A stretch of DNA of 63,318 nt, filler included, from Choristocarpus tenellus KU-1152 (Eukaryota > Protista > Phaeophyceae), in assembly GCA_964200185.2 (NCBI GenBank). It is 10 parts of 10 records of this genome, joined end to end, with 100 filler letters (N's around TTAATTAATTAA, not from the genome) between each part and the next. Parts side by side here need not be neighbours in the genome. Positions count along the whole stretch, not along the records: positions 15,607 to 27,381 come from CAXNAD020002144.1; positions 27,482 to 31,346 come from CAXNAD020017507.1; positions 31,447 to 37,499 come from CAXNAD020009062.1; positions 37,600 to 44,624 come from CAXNAD020006834.1; 6 more parts are not named here. One strand, 5' to 3'. The position numbers were made by a program, and so were the translations under genes. Below the pieces are notes generated by a model, which saw only the letters and a program-made list of their open reading frames with translations, made no database searches and was not told where the DNA came from. Positions 25,201-37,841 of this stretch are shown here, piece by piece; positions within the stretch are counted from its first letter, which is position 1, and each line of letters begins with the position of its first letter.

Positions 25201-28200
25201 TTGTACCTCCACTGTCCTGTCTCCCTCAATTGAGCCACGTAGGGCGCCATCAACCAAACTAAGTAACGGAATATCTATGGTTCCTACTCTTGTCCAGTTA
25301 GGGTTGTGGGTTGTTTCCCCTCGGGCAGCATTCTTCCCTTCCCCTTTGTCGTTCTTGTCCTTCTTGTCATTACCTACTTCTTTGGTTGAGGTATCCATGA
25401 TGAGGCAATCTCCTTTGGCGAACTCCCTTTACACTATTGGCAAGAGCAGCACTAAACAAGGTGGGGTCCAGTTAGGTCCTGAGGGAAAAAAGAAGAAAAC
25501 GCAAGTTGTGTTTCATGGAGGTTTGCTTCAGTAAACCCCAGGTGCGTCATAGCCATAAAACCTGTGGAATGAATCTTATTTGAATCTCGGATCCTATGGT
25601 TGGACGTCACATCATTGTGACCGCCAATGGCAAGTGGTTCGAGAATTCTCAGAACGTCTGCCTGGTTGATGTTGCTATAAACGTCAAGAATGACATAGAA
25701 AGTGTGCTCGTTATACACTTCTTTGTGTGTGCAAGCAGAAGTGGATCTGACTGAGATCAACTCCCAATGGGACCTGCCTGTCACTGCACATAAAACATAC
25801 TCTTCATGATATGATGTAATCTGGAGTAGTAGTGTGTAATACGTACGCCTCCGAATACATATAGTAATGATACATCAGGGAATTACACACAACAAAAATA
25901 ATCGGCACTGCACTGATTTTGAGGACATACCAGATATTCCCACAAACTAGAAATTGGGAGGATTGGCAGTTTGGTATGACCCTTTAAGGGGTATATTACA
26001 AATGCAGTATAAGTACCGCTGAGGGTATCTAATCGTCAAAACTTGATACCATCATACCATCATACCATCGAGGTTTCTTTCTCGGGTGTATGGTATTGCC
26101 AACTATCATCACTTGTGTATTTGCTTCTCTTGATAAAGCAAACCATTCCTCTCTCTTCAGGTAGGTAGGGTGGTAGTACTCCGAGCAAAAAAGACTGTCA
26201 TTTAGTAATGCATTGATGTGCTTGGGGTTCTTCTTCGAAGTTCATATAGTACTTACTGTATGCTTTTTTAATGTTCGATGAGTGTCACTGCATAATTTTT
26301 AATGATGAGCCAAGCCAATTGAGACGTAGGCAAGTTTGGACCCTTTTTGCACTCATTCCAAGCCATCTTTCTTACCCTGAGCAATACACTCTATTTCATT
26401 GCTTAATGTGCACAATATAGCGTAAGCAACTTGATATCCCCCCTTTACACGTACAAAGTGACACCACAATTCAGTAAAGGCTCTTTCTGCAATTGTACAA
26501 GATGACATCTTTCTGCCTTTTCTCAGGATCCTAAAAATACAACCATGCTTACCTCTCACTTAGATTGACTCAATATGGTATTGATTCAACCAAGAATAGG
26601 AAAGAGTGTAGGTTAGCTAGGGGACCACTTACTATCACCAACAGTTTACAACCAAACGCGATTATTGTTTTGATCAACTCATGATCATTATTCTTGGGAA
26701 CGTTCAAGTATTCAATCAAGTACCAATGTACCAGAAGGTCTTGCTCAGCGGAACCAACTGCTGAGAATGGTCTCTGACGGCCCTGGAATGATCCTGCTGA
26801 GGCATATTTCACCTTGCCTGGCCCCCGTGGCTCATTCCCATCTTCTTTAACATGGTCTAGTCACATGCCTTACCACTTTTTGTCCTAACACTCTATCTAA
26901 TACTTTGGTTTTTCGATTTTCCAGAGTTTGTTTTTCCACCTGAGAAAGTGTGAATAACTTATCCTTACACACATCCTTAGAACATTGGTCATGAAGACCG
27001 TTCCGCACTAAAGTGACGAATAGCATAATTTTTATGCATACATATATTTTGAAGGACACATATTGCTTTTGTTACTATTGCTATTACTACTACATTAGTG
27101 TCCAGAACGTGAGCATGAAGGGTACATTTTAATACTGGGTTTTGGAATTTTTCTTTTTTATGCGGGTAGGGGGGAATGGGAAGGTTTTGAATAAGATACG
27201 TCAAAGGTAGATAGGTAAGTATGACAGAATCGACCCTAATTGGAAAGATAATATATATGAATAAAAAGAAGTATTATGAATCGCGAGAGTTCAGTCGGCT
27301 TCAGTTTGAATGATTGGAATTGTGGAAAGCATGTTTATCTGTTATTATACCGTTATTTCCGTATGCCATATACCGTTATACNNNNNNNNNNNNNNNNNNN
27401 NNNNNNNNNNNNNNNNNNNNNNNNNTTAATTAATTAANNNNNNNNNNNNNNNNNNNNNNNNNNNNNNNNNNNNNNNNNNNNGTGGTGTGGTTGTGCGGAA
27501 GGGGGGGGCGGGGTAGTGGGGGGGGGGGGGGGGGGTGGTGGGTACGGACGGGGTAGCCGACAGCGATTAAAAATGTTTTTTTTTATTGGGCGGCCCACTG
27601 ATTAATCCCAGAAATTTCCGATTCTTCCACCGAATATATTGGAGGTCTGCGAAGGGAAAAACTGATTCATTATCGTAAGGACCCCTCTTAAAAGTAGTAG
27701 TTGTTGTTGTAAGTGTGAAAGATGTCTCTACAATATCTATCTACTGTTGGAGATCCACGGACTAGTAAGGTGTTACGATGTTTAAAACACTAATGGTGTA
27801 TTGTATCCGACATATGCCATCAACAAAACTGCAATAGAATTTTGGACGCTCATAGGATTGATGCTGGAAAAGGGAGGAAACTGTAGCCTTAACTACTGTG
27901 CAAAGGGGGCTGTGCGAAAATGACACAGATGCAACCCTTTTATTGTCCTCGATTGCTTGACTTCCAACATCATTTTATCACTACTCCTACTGAACTGTAA
28001 TACTTCATCGAGGAAACAGGGGGGGATATCAACGGGGTCGTGGTTTAATCGACAGTACAGAATGAATGAGAGTGAAACCAATTGTGGCATGGAGTGGTTA
28101 TGTAGCTATCCTGTAGGCGGCATTACTCATACCCTCATACTGCATGACGGAACCTCCCATATCGTAGTCTGTGGGAACCTCAAATTTGTTGAGAAAATCG

Positions 28201-28234
28201 ACAGTAAGTAGCATTTGGAAGTCCTGCTGCTTAC

Positions 28235-28455
28235 AAGTCAAAATATCTCAGAGGGTAGAGTCGTGTCCGTTTGGGGACCAAAATCCAATGTTGCGATTTT
28301 GATGTAATTTTGGCTATCGAGTTTGTTACGGAGTGTCAATATCCTTGCTCCGGACACACGTTTTCTTAAGGTAAAATATAAAAAAAACACGGGGGAAGCC
28401 AAGCCCCAAAAGGACATACAGGACAAAACTTGTACCCTCTAAGATACCTTCACAC
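28235..28455. mobile_element. MITE family A copy (diverged, internally shortened)
   Basis: aagtcaaaatatctcagagggta...taccctctaagataccttcacac, with internal similarity to 9386-9639. Confidence 0.8.
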
Positions 28456-28752
28456 TACACCCCAGGAAGCAGGTGTCCCTATTATCAGGATGTTTCGTAG
28501 AGGCAAGGGTTGGGAGACTGCAACAAGTGGCATGTTGGATAGTGGTGGAGGTTTGCTCCACAATTAAATGTGTATCCTCTGCTCATACTATGGCACTACT
28601 CTTGTGAATGTTGAGGTGGTGTTCTTACTCCTCCCCGATAACTTTTGCTAAATGCGAATGGGTGCATGTGTGCAAGACTAGTTTGGAGCGTGCACTTGAC
28701 CAATAGATATGTAATGAGTTGGAGATTTTTTCCCAGAGGAGGAGAGCGCAAA

Positions 28753-29014
28753 GAGTGAAAGTATGTTAGGGTTAGGGTACAAGTTTCGCCCTGTTTGTCC
28801 GTTCGGGGCTTGACTTAATATGGGTTTTTTAATGGTATTTTCTACTCCAAAATGTTTCAAAGTAGGTAAAATGTGTACATTATGAAAAGTTATGTCCAGA
28901 ACAAGGATATTGATACTTCCTAACAAATACGATAGCCAAAATTACATCAAAATCACAACATCGGATGTTGGCCCCAAAATGGACACAGTTCTACCCTCTA
29001 AGATACTTTGACTC
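28753..29014. mobile_element. MITE family A copy, TSD CAAA
   Basis: caaa|GAGTGAAAGTAT...AGATACTTTGACTC|caaa. Confidence 0.9.
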
Positions 29015-29477
29015 CAAAGGCCCACAAAACATGCACTCTGCACACAGCAGGCGTGTATCTCTGGAAGAAACCCTCCTGTGTGCGACGTGTCTTTTCACGA
29101 AAATATCCCCCACTTCATTTCGACAATCAAATACTAACACATACTGTATATAACATATGAAGAATGGTCTAATCTTAACAAAGTATCTGGGGGGGGTGGC
29201 GGCTGTCCATTTGGGGCCCATTTTTCCATGTCGTGATTTTTGAGTGATTTGGTTGCATATGTCGGATGGATAATGTAAAGGCCCTTTGTCAGAAATCAAG
29301 GTGCAAGAGATCAAGAAATTCCATCTACAAGGTCCAGAGTGCAACGCCAAGACAGAGAAGCCATGGAACTAGTTCTGTAGCATTGTATAGGCTAATAGAT
29401 CAAACACAACATTAGTTAATACTTAGAACGGTTAGATTGAATAACAGGAATGATTATACATATAATATGTATTACAT

Positions 29478-31200
29478 TGTTGAATATTACTATATTGTTT
29501 TATATAACTGATTGGATGTTGAAGTACAACAATAATTCTACATACAATGTATCGCGTACATTGTTTATAACATTATTATTTGATATGACTATTTGAGCCG
29601 GACTTGAAGTGTTATTGATTCTTGAATGGACTTGCACACCTATCTTTGGTTCAACAAAGCCACCCCTTTCAGAATTGTTCACTTCTCTTTTCTCATTTGT
29701 CTTCACACCTTCATCCTATCCTCACCAATAATAGCAGAACAAACAATTACAAGTGTAATAACAGAGATAATGAGAACACCAACAAACAACTCTTGATTCC
29801 TCTTCGGGACTCGCAAGCGCCAGGAGTCCAGACAATCTCGAGATATTTCTAACAGGTTATGAACCTCACCTCATTTGCTGAATCTGATCGATTGAGTGAA
29901 CTGATAGGCTATGGTACTACAAGATTAAAGACTATCGCAGGAACAGGTTATGAACCTCACCTCATTTGCTGAATCTGATCGATTGAGTGAACTGATAGGC
30001 TATGGTACTACAAGATTAAAGACTATCGCAGGAGCGACGGAACTGTACAACGAGACTCAAGACAAGATGGCAAGAGGCAAGTTATAAGTGTGAAACTGGT
30101 TTCTCGCCCAGAGGGAATTGCTGGAGTGGCTAGATAAGTTCACATTGTCCTGTAGTTCGAATTGCTAGTTGAGCGTGGCATCTTCGTTGGTTGGTTTGGT
30201 TGGATTGGTTGTGGCAACACTGTATAGTTCAACCAACTGCAAGTTCAATTCGCAAGAGCATCCTCGTTTGGTTGGAATCGGTTCATCGCAACTCCCTGCA
30301 ACACCCTGCAGTTCGCTTCACTACGTAGCTACTTCGGTCTGAGGATTCGACCTTCGAGAAGTTTTGTGTGAGCAGGAATAATGTGTGCCAGCAAGAAATC
30401 CATTATTACAGACCTGCCCCATTTTAATGGAAGTTTCGAGAACTGGTGGGATTATAAAGACATACTTTTCTCAAATCTGTTTCTGCTGCGCAATGATCTG
30501 TACAGTTTCCTCGAGGAAGAGTCAAGACCTCCAGAAGGCGCAAAGTACGACAACGTCCGAGAGAAATTCGACGCTAAGAAATCAGAACTGTTCCAATTCC
30601 TATTCATCTCTTGCGAAGGTGCAACCAAGGGCAAATTGCGTCGTCTTCGCCCAGCAAATTAATCTAAGTTAACTGAAGGTAACGTCGCCTTCATTGAGAT
30701 CAAGAAGAAGTACGAGGCGAAGAATGAGCAGAGAGTGACAGCATTACATAACAGTCTCTAGTCGTGCAAGACGATGGAAGAAGATCCTGACATCTTCTTC
30801 GATCGCGTGGGCAGAATAAAGACACAACTGGAGTCCATACAGGAGCATGTTTCCGATTACCGCATCAAGAACATTATTATGCACGGCCTATCTCCAGAGT
30901 ATGACAACGTCATCTCACAGATACAAACAACTGAAAACATCACTCTGGAAAGAATACAATGAGTTATACAGGCAAATTACGTCAATGTACTTCAAAAAAC
31001 CCAATTGGCAACAAAGATGTATCTAACCTTCCTATATCTACTGTTCAAAATAGCAAGATGAAAGGTAAAGGTTTGAATGCATCTAGTAATTCAAAACCAT
31101 CAAAAGAACAAATTTAGTGGCAAGAAAATGATGAAGTGTTGTGTATGTCATAAAGTTGGACATTTTGCCAAAGATTGCAGAAGCAAAAGTACTCCTCATT
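29478..31200 (+). mobile_element. Ty1/Copia LTR retrotransposon 5' part: putative LTR, PBS and gag pseudogene
   Basis: Candidate LTR TGTT(29478)...AACA(29854) is followed by GGTTATGAACC, a copia-type internal-tRNAi PBS. gag starts at 30381 (FNGSFENW, KKKYE, IIMHGLSPEYD) with in-frame stops at 30660, 30759 and 30960, then the zinc knuckle CCVCHKVGHFAKDC. Confidence 0.85.
29851..30032 (+). repeat. Exact 91-bp tandem duplication covering the LTR end and PBS
   Basis: 29851-29941 is identical to 29942-30032. Confidence 0.95.
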
Positions 31201-31292
31201 TGAGTGTACTCAGATTTGTAAAAGATACACTATTTCTTTTTAGGAGTACTTTTACTTCTGCAATCTTTGGCAAAATGTCTAACTTTATGACA
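31146..31292. repeat. 51-bp inverted repeat (2 mismatches, 45-nt loop) made from the gag zinc-knuckle sequence
   Basis: 31146-31196 matches the reverse complement of 31242-31292. Confidence 0.93.
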
Positions 31293-31468
31293 CACTTTTT
31301 TTTCCTTGTCAGGGCCCAAATGGAAACCCTGGTGTAGACCCCCCCCNNNNNNNNNNNNNNNNNNNNNNNNNNNNNNNNNNNNNNNNNNNNTTAATTAATT
31401 AANNNNNNNNNNNNNNNNNNNNNNNNNNNNNNNNNNNNNNNNNNNNGGGGGGGAGGGGGGTGAATTAC

Positions 31469-33213
31469 CTGTAGCTTTTTTTCAGTTGCAACAGTCAGCA
31501 TCTCCTCAAATCTTGTCTTCTCCTCCTCTGTCTTACGAAGATGTTCCCTTGTCTCAGAGGAATCTTCACCCCTTGCCAAAGCCATTCGGAGGACTCTCAC
31601 AAGCAGACCTGGGTATCCCTGATAGCCAACAGCGGGAAGTTTGAAGGTGAGAGATAGGGGTGGGAGATGATGTGTGGGTGTTAGAGGAATGTCACGGTAG
31701 TGTGGAGTAACTTTTATATATATTAGGAAGGGATGTGTGTGTGGAAGCGGTACCAGCAAGAGACAATTATGATACTTGACAGTTACATATCACATGGTAC
31801 AGATAAACTGTACTTCAGTCGTAAACAGAGAGTTTCGAAATGGAGGCTTTTGAAAGGGTATGGGAATGGACAAGTTGCCAAGGTAAGGAGGAGTAAGAGA
31901 GGAAAGCACGACATGGATGGGGTTTGGTAGATGACGGTCCAAGCAGGTGGGTGGGGGCACCATGAGCTTGATGCATGTTGGGGACGAGGGAAGAGTGCCA
32001 AGGTGATGACTCGAAAGAATGGAGAGAGGAAAAGCTGTTGACTTCAGATAAACCTAAGCCCTATGGTAGAGTAGTGTTGAGAGTGGGTGATCATAGCAGA
32101 ATGAAAACAAGTCACAGCAGCGATTGAGAGGCTTTCAATTTTTCATACTTAGAGATAAGTATCTTCAAGCGTTCGCCAGGATGATCGGTCGTGGTTGAGC
32201 AGGGAAAGTTTTGGCTATTGCAAAGAGGCACAGGAAACTGCGTGTTTGCAAGATAAAAGGGTTCACAAGGGTTTCAGACTTTGCAACTAATATGTTGGAG
32301 AAGATTTGTACACGAGAGCCTGACAACGCACGGCAGCATGCAATTAGCTTAGGCCCCTTCACCAGGTCAAAGGAACCCAACAATAAACAAATTTTGAGGT
32401 GGGTGCAACACTTGCCTCCGAATCAACGCAGAGAGGGATGGTGGCTAGAGGCTTCGCCAACCGCCCAAGCACCTCCTTGATAGTGACGAGTATTTTGCCA
32501 TCAGGTTGTGGCTCCACCATGAGTACAAACCCTGGTCCTGATGAACGACTCGTTCCACCATCAGTTGAGGACTGCTGGATATTACCTTCCCCCTTCCCAC
32601 CACCCCTAGATGGTTGGGAGCAGACCGAGAGAGCTTTGGTAACCTGTGGACGGATATTTTGGCACCCATTTCTTGTGAACGGCGCACTCTCCACTTTCTC
32701 AGGCGAACGTGGTCCAGCATGTCCTATAATGTTGATGAACACCATGACCTGTGCTTGGTGTAAGGTCAGATACCTTTTCTAGATGCTTGGCCGCAGTGAG
32801 AGCCTTGCGGGAGGTAGGCTTGGTGACATCCATCGCACCCGCTCTCCATACACGCTCAGCGTCAGATCCATCTCCTAGAAATCCTTGACCGGTTTCAACG
32901 ATCACTATCTCTGTTAGACAGTCATCTTTCCCTCTGCTTAACAGGGTCGCAGCAGTAAGGTTGCCACGACAAGTATGGGGGTAGAGTGGAAAAGAAGTAG
33001 GTAGGACAACGATTCGACCAATCAGCGCAAATCACATGGGCACGTGTATAAGGTGAAGAGGGGAGTATCCACTCCAGACCGTGTTACAGACCATCAGTCG
33101 GCCTTGGCAGTCACGTCCAGAAACCATGCTTACTTGAAAGCTAGCAGATAGCGCGTACTCTTGAATCCTTCGGGGCTGAGGTCGATAAGGATGCTCGGAT
33201 TCGCCATCTCCAT
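31469..33213 (-). CDS. Probable XRCC4/XLF-family NHEJ protein (beta head plus coiled coil), 3' partial
   Basis: Exons 33213-33134, 32933-32774, 32643-32416 (GC donor GAG|gcaagt), 31618-31469 are phase-consistent. EIVIVETG...VWRAG, HLEKVTKAL, KPLATIPL...PGLLVRVLRMAL...EHLRKTEEEKTRFEE parallel recalled XRCC4 features. The gene model is firmer than the family call. Confidence 0.6.
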
Positions 33214-33404
33214 ATCAAACCCAACCTTCCTGATCTCAGAGGGTTGTTTCCCTTATGTTGCGTGCTGAAAATAATTACTTCAACAAATTTGCAAATTTCA
33301 AACTTAACCGTCGCGCGATCTAAGACGGCGCGGAAGCGATACCGTAAACAGATTGATCTGTATACCTCCCCCTTCTTCCTTCTTGACAAGGGTCTTGTTG
33401 ATTC

Positions 33405-35312
33405 ATGTCGAGCACACTCAATAACCCAACCAGTGTGTTCAGGGAGGTTGTTTCTCGGGACTTTGGGCCCGTAGGGTGTGGGCATAGCAAAAAGGTATGT
33501 TGAGAGAATGCCGACCAATCCAAGCAAACCCCATTCCTTGTTGACACCTACTTACTGGCTTCCTCTTAGAATGTTTCACTCCTGATAGTTGTTTCTGAGT
33601 GATGTGCATAACGTTTCCTTTCTTCTCCCATAGGTTGCCGCGATTGGATGGAGCAGGGACGGTCGATTGGCTTCTGCTGCCGTCGAGACCAAGATTTGGG
33701 ACATCGATGGACATGGAAACGCAAGGTCTGCGATATGATCTAAGATAGTGATGCTGCCCCTCTGTACTGCAATATCCTCATATAGAATGAAAGTGTGCAA
33801 TTTTCATGCTATGTAGATGTGGTAATGTGAAACTGATTAGGTTGATGTTGCCGTTTCTACTAAGAGAAACACATGGTCACCCTAAGCCGCAAATTTGGGT
33901 TGCCCATATGCAGAACACCACTTGGAACTGCCTCTCGTGTCCTACCAATATAAGGCATCTGTACAAATGCGGCATGCATGTCACTTAAAATAATGCGCAA
34001 GTGGCACAAGGAATAGTTGGTGTGCCATTCTGCACATCTTCTGTTCCTTGCATTCTTGTAACACAATACAAGAGTAGGAACTGTGAGTGCTGTGTCCGAT
34101 TATTTGCACATGACCCTAGAGCTCGATGTGCTTACAATCGCGTTGGTAGTTGTCTGTTAAACAATTCACCAGTCCGCTCCTGCACGTTGTGCAAACTCGC
34201 CCACTCCCGACATTTTCTTTGATATAAGGATGGTATGTCTTCTTGTCCTATCTCCATGTAGGGATTTGGAGTGATACTAATGCCAAGCCCTTTATACACT
34301 CACAGTTGAACAGCATAGTTCCTTATGACAAAATAATCGGTTGAGGTCGTCTGGGCAGTAGAATCTTGGGTCTACCTGATGTCGATGTACGAGGGATGGA
34401 CCTTGGGTGGAGAGGCTGGGGTGGGGAGTTCTGTCGTAAGGGATCCATTGTTTTTTTTAATCTATCAGAAACAAAAACCAAGCATTGTGCACTTTTACGA
34501 AATGCGTTCATGTGTCCAGCAGTTGACATTTTGATTTTTTTCTATTCACGGTGTTGAGGCATTAGATTCACCACTTGTAGGAAGTGTGACGAAGTTCGTA
34601 CTCGATTTTACTTTGGTGATATATAAGTGCTTTTGGGATGCAATATACACCTCTCCATTTTTTACTTTCAATCCACCACTCTTTAAAAGAAATATATATA
34701 TATATATATCTTGACGCTACTTTGGACACACGCTATATCAACGTTGGTGATGTTTTTGAACATGAAATGAGCTGCGGGTTAAGAATAAGAAATAACAAGA
34801 ATTATTTCTTCTGCTGCAGGTTTGCAAGGGTTAGGGTTAGGATGGTGTGTAGGAGTAGGGGGTGGGAGCAATTTGTGGTTACACACAGAAGTGGATTGGG
34901 ACATTGCGAAGGAAGTGGGGGGGTTGGGGGGGGGGGGGAGGTTAGTTTGTTTACCGTGACATGTGAGATCTTGTCAGTTTTGGGGTGATTATCTTGAAGG
35001 AGATGTATCCAATAGTAGTCTATATGCGTAACCAATGGGAAATTGTTCCGATTTCCTCTTTCACTTGCCTTTGGAGCTCTTTTCCCTTCGTCCTCAACCT
35101 TTTGCCTCCCCCTCCCCCCCCCCCCACCTCCCCTTTACCTTCCTCTCTGAGCGCCCGTCTTCTCGCACGCTCATGTTTGCTCTCAAAACGGTCTCTGTTG
35201 GAACAGATTGGTGAGCTCCCTGGAGGGTACCAGCAGCAGCACGCAGGACTTGGAGTGGGATCCCACGGGGGCAAACTTGGTAGCCATGTGCGCCTCTGAC
35301 AAATCGTTGAAG
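33405..35312 (+). CDS. THOC3: THO complex subunit 3 / TEX1-like WD40 protein, first three exons
   Basis: Exons 33405-33494, 33634-33725, 35207-35312 give FREVVSRDF...GHSKK|VAAIGWSRDGRLASAAVETKIWDIDGHGNAR|LVSSLEGTSSSTQDLEWDPTGANLVAMCASDKSLK, matching the recalled TEX1 N-terminus. Confidence 0.8.
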
Positions 35313-35844
35313 GTGTCCTGTCTAGTGGTGTTTTCAGCGCATCTTTTTTTTCTTTTGTTTGGTTGGGGGAGAGTGAAGGGGGTGGGGTTCTATTGGGGTT
35401 TTTTGCCTTAATAAAAAATAATAGTTTGTTCTATACGTGGTGATAAAATGCATTGTCTTCAGGGATGTCAGAAATTGTGTGATAAGAGTTCACATTGTGA
35501 TTTAAAAAAAAAAAAGTATGATTCAACTCGGACAGATAGCAGTGAAAAGGTACAGTGAAAATACTTGCAGATGGGAATATAAAGTTAACTTCTAAGCATC
35601 CTGCCATGATGATCAGAGTTCGTGTTTACGATTTTGTTTTATTATTTTTGCTGATCATCAAAAGTACTGGCTTTATTTTTTATTTTTGGCTGCAGCGAGT
35701 GCCATGCGTGGTATCAGCATATGGAAGTTATTTTTTTTTTCCCTCATATTTCATACGGTCGTGTATAATTTTAAAAGTGGTTTATTGTTTATTTACGTCA
35801 TTTTAAATGTGTTTTACTGTTCGTTTATATTTTTAAAAACGTGA

Positions 35845-36000
35845 TATTTTGTTCATTTATATGATTTTACACATTATTTATATTGTTCATTTATATAATT
35901 TTAAACGTGATTTATATTGTTCATTTATATAATTTTAAACGTGATTTATATTGTTCATTTATATAATTTTAAACGTGGTTTATATTGTTCATTTATATCA
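35845..36000. repeat. AT-rich minisatellite, 34-bp unit, 3-4 copies
   Basis: TTTATATTGTTCATTTATATAATTTTAAACGTGA repeated. Confidence 0.9.
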
Positions 36001-36020
36001 CTCTAAAGGCGATTTATTGT

Positions 36021-36260
36021 ATCAACTGCTTTTGATGGTTCCTTCGGTGTCCCTAGCCTTCTATTCCATCTCCCCCAAGTTGAAAGAGTAGAATCCTTCA
36101 CTGCACTTTTCATGGTTATGTAACTGTAAAAATTGTCTGTTGCTGTCAAATGCGGTTCGGTGCCTTCTGATATAGGTTTTGTGACCAGATGTTCTGCTCT
36201 CTCCGAAGTTTGTGACTCCTACTTTGAACCTACTCTGTATCAACACAAATCCATGTGCTG
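36021..36260 (-). mobile_element. piggyBac-like transposase fragment
   Basis: HLVTKPISEGTEPHLTATDNFYSY...TWGRWNRRLGTPKE resembles the DN(F/Y)YTS...GTxRxNRxGxP piggyBac block. Confidence 0.45.
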
Positions 36261-36609
36261 GTTTTTTACTCCTCCCTCAGGGAAATGAGACGAGGAGATC
36301 CGCTTGGATTTTTTTTTTTTAAGCAACAAACAAACAAACGCATTGCTCTTCAGGAAGCCTTCATTTTGTTTATTTTCAATGACACTACTTGTTAGGAATA
36401 ATAAACGGCAATATATTTTTTTGTTCTGTGTTGAAGAAAAAAATATGTGTACTATCTATACGGTGTTAGGGTTATAGGGTTACAGGGTAAATGCCTAACC
36501 CTGACCTGAAGTAAGATTTTCGACAGGGGATTGGTACCCCGCCCTGCTCGATTTGAATTTGAATTTGAATTTGAAATGTGGTGGTCGGAGATACGGAACT
36601 CTTCTTCAC

Positions 36610-36865
36610 GAGTTGAATCTTAGAGGGTACGAGTTTTTCCCTGTTTGTCCATTTGGGGCTGGGCTTCCCATGGGTTTTTTATGACATTTTCCTACTCCGA
36701 AATGTTTCCAAGTGTGTAAAAAAGGTATACCTTGTGAAAAGGTGTGTCCGAAACATAGGTATTGACACTTCCTAACTAACACGGCAGCTAAAATTACATC
36801 AAATTGCAACATTGGATTTTGACCCCCAAATGGACGCGGCTCTACCCTCTAAGATACTTTGGCTC
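36610..36865. mobile_element. MITE family A copy, left TIR eroded
   Basis: atcttagagggtac...taccctctaagatactttggctc. No TSD recognised. Confidence 0.85.
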
Positions 36866-37599
36866 AGAAGAAGAAGAAGAAGAAGAATAGTGTGTGTGTC
36901 AAGGTATTACACACACAGGTTGTGCAATCGTACGTACGGTGCTGTTCATAAATACATTTTTTTTTTTAAGATGGACACATTTATTTATTATAAGATTTTT
37001 TGTATCAGGCGGTAATTATTCGGAGAGATTGCAGGCGACCGTCGCTCGAGGTGAAGTTTTTTTTTTTTAAGAAAAAAAGTAGAAGAGGGTTACGATCCCA
37101 ACATTCTTATTTATTTATTTATTGTTCTTGTTTCAAAAAAGAAAAAATATATATTAGAATTTTCTCCCCGAGCTCTCCGCTCTGTCCGTACTTCCTTTTT
37201 TAGTTCCAGGGTGTCGAATCGCACATATTCCCTTCCCAAGGTGTTGGAAACCCCTGTTCTTTGGTGTGGTTCCCTCGCGCTCTGGTAGTGTGTGTATGTA
37301 TGTGTGTGTGTGTGTGTGCACAGGAGAATGCATAGCCTCTGACAGATGAAAGATGGCATTATACTACGAAGTATCAACATGCATGTTCAAGAAAGGGACC
37401 CCCAGACAAGGAATTCCTTGATACCAAGTTCCCACCCACCCCCACCACCCACCCCCGGTCTCATAAGGAGGCGGTACCTGCATAGTGCCATAGAGCACTN
37501 NNNNNNNNNNNNNNNNNNNNNNNNNNNNNNNNNNNNNNNNNNNTTAATTAATTAANNNNNNNNNNNNNNNNNNNNNNNNNNNNNNNNNNNNNNNNNNNN

Positions 37600-37841
37600 C
37601 CAAAATTTCATCAAAATCACAACATTGTATTTCGACCCCCAAATGGACGCCAATCTACCCTCTAAGATAGTTTCACTCAAGTGTCAATATCCTTCTTTCG
37701 GGCATACTTTTTCATAAAGTATACATTTTACCTACTCCGAAACATTTTGGAGTAGGTAAAAATGTCATAAAATGACGGAGGGAAGCCAAGCTCAAATGGA
37801 CAAACAGGGCAAAACTTGTACCCTCTAAGATACTTTCACTC
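37600..37841. mobile_element. Two family A MITE ends, apparently one copy nested in another
   Basis: A TIR ends at 37678 and runs straight into internal MITE sequence (aagtgtcaatatcc...) that ends in a second TIR at 37841. Confidence 0.75.

Noticed and set aside
23580-27200. Broken coding-like stretches, including a SWIM-like SLCTCKGGISSC near 26450
   Set aside because: Probably old DNA-transposon debris, but too degraded to assign.
29851-30032. Direct repeats here and at 35845 and 60817 as a CRISPR-like array
   Set aside because: They are contiguous tandem copies with no unique spacers and no cas genes, in a eukaryotic context.
32749-32773. 25-nt GT-AG micro-intron joining two ORFs in frame
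   Set aside because: A 130-nt intron using the acceptor at 32644 gives the same frame and is more plausible.
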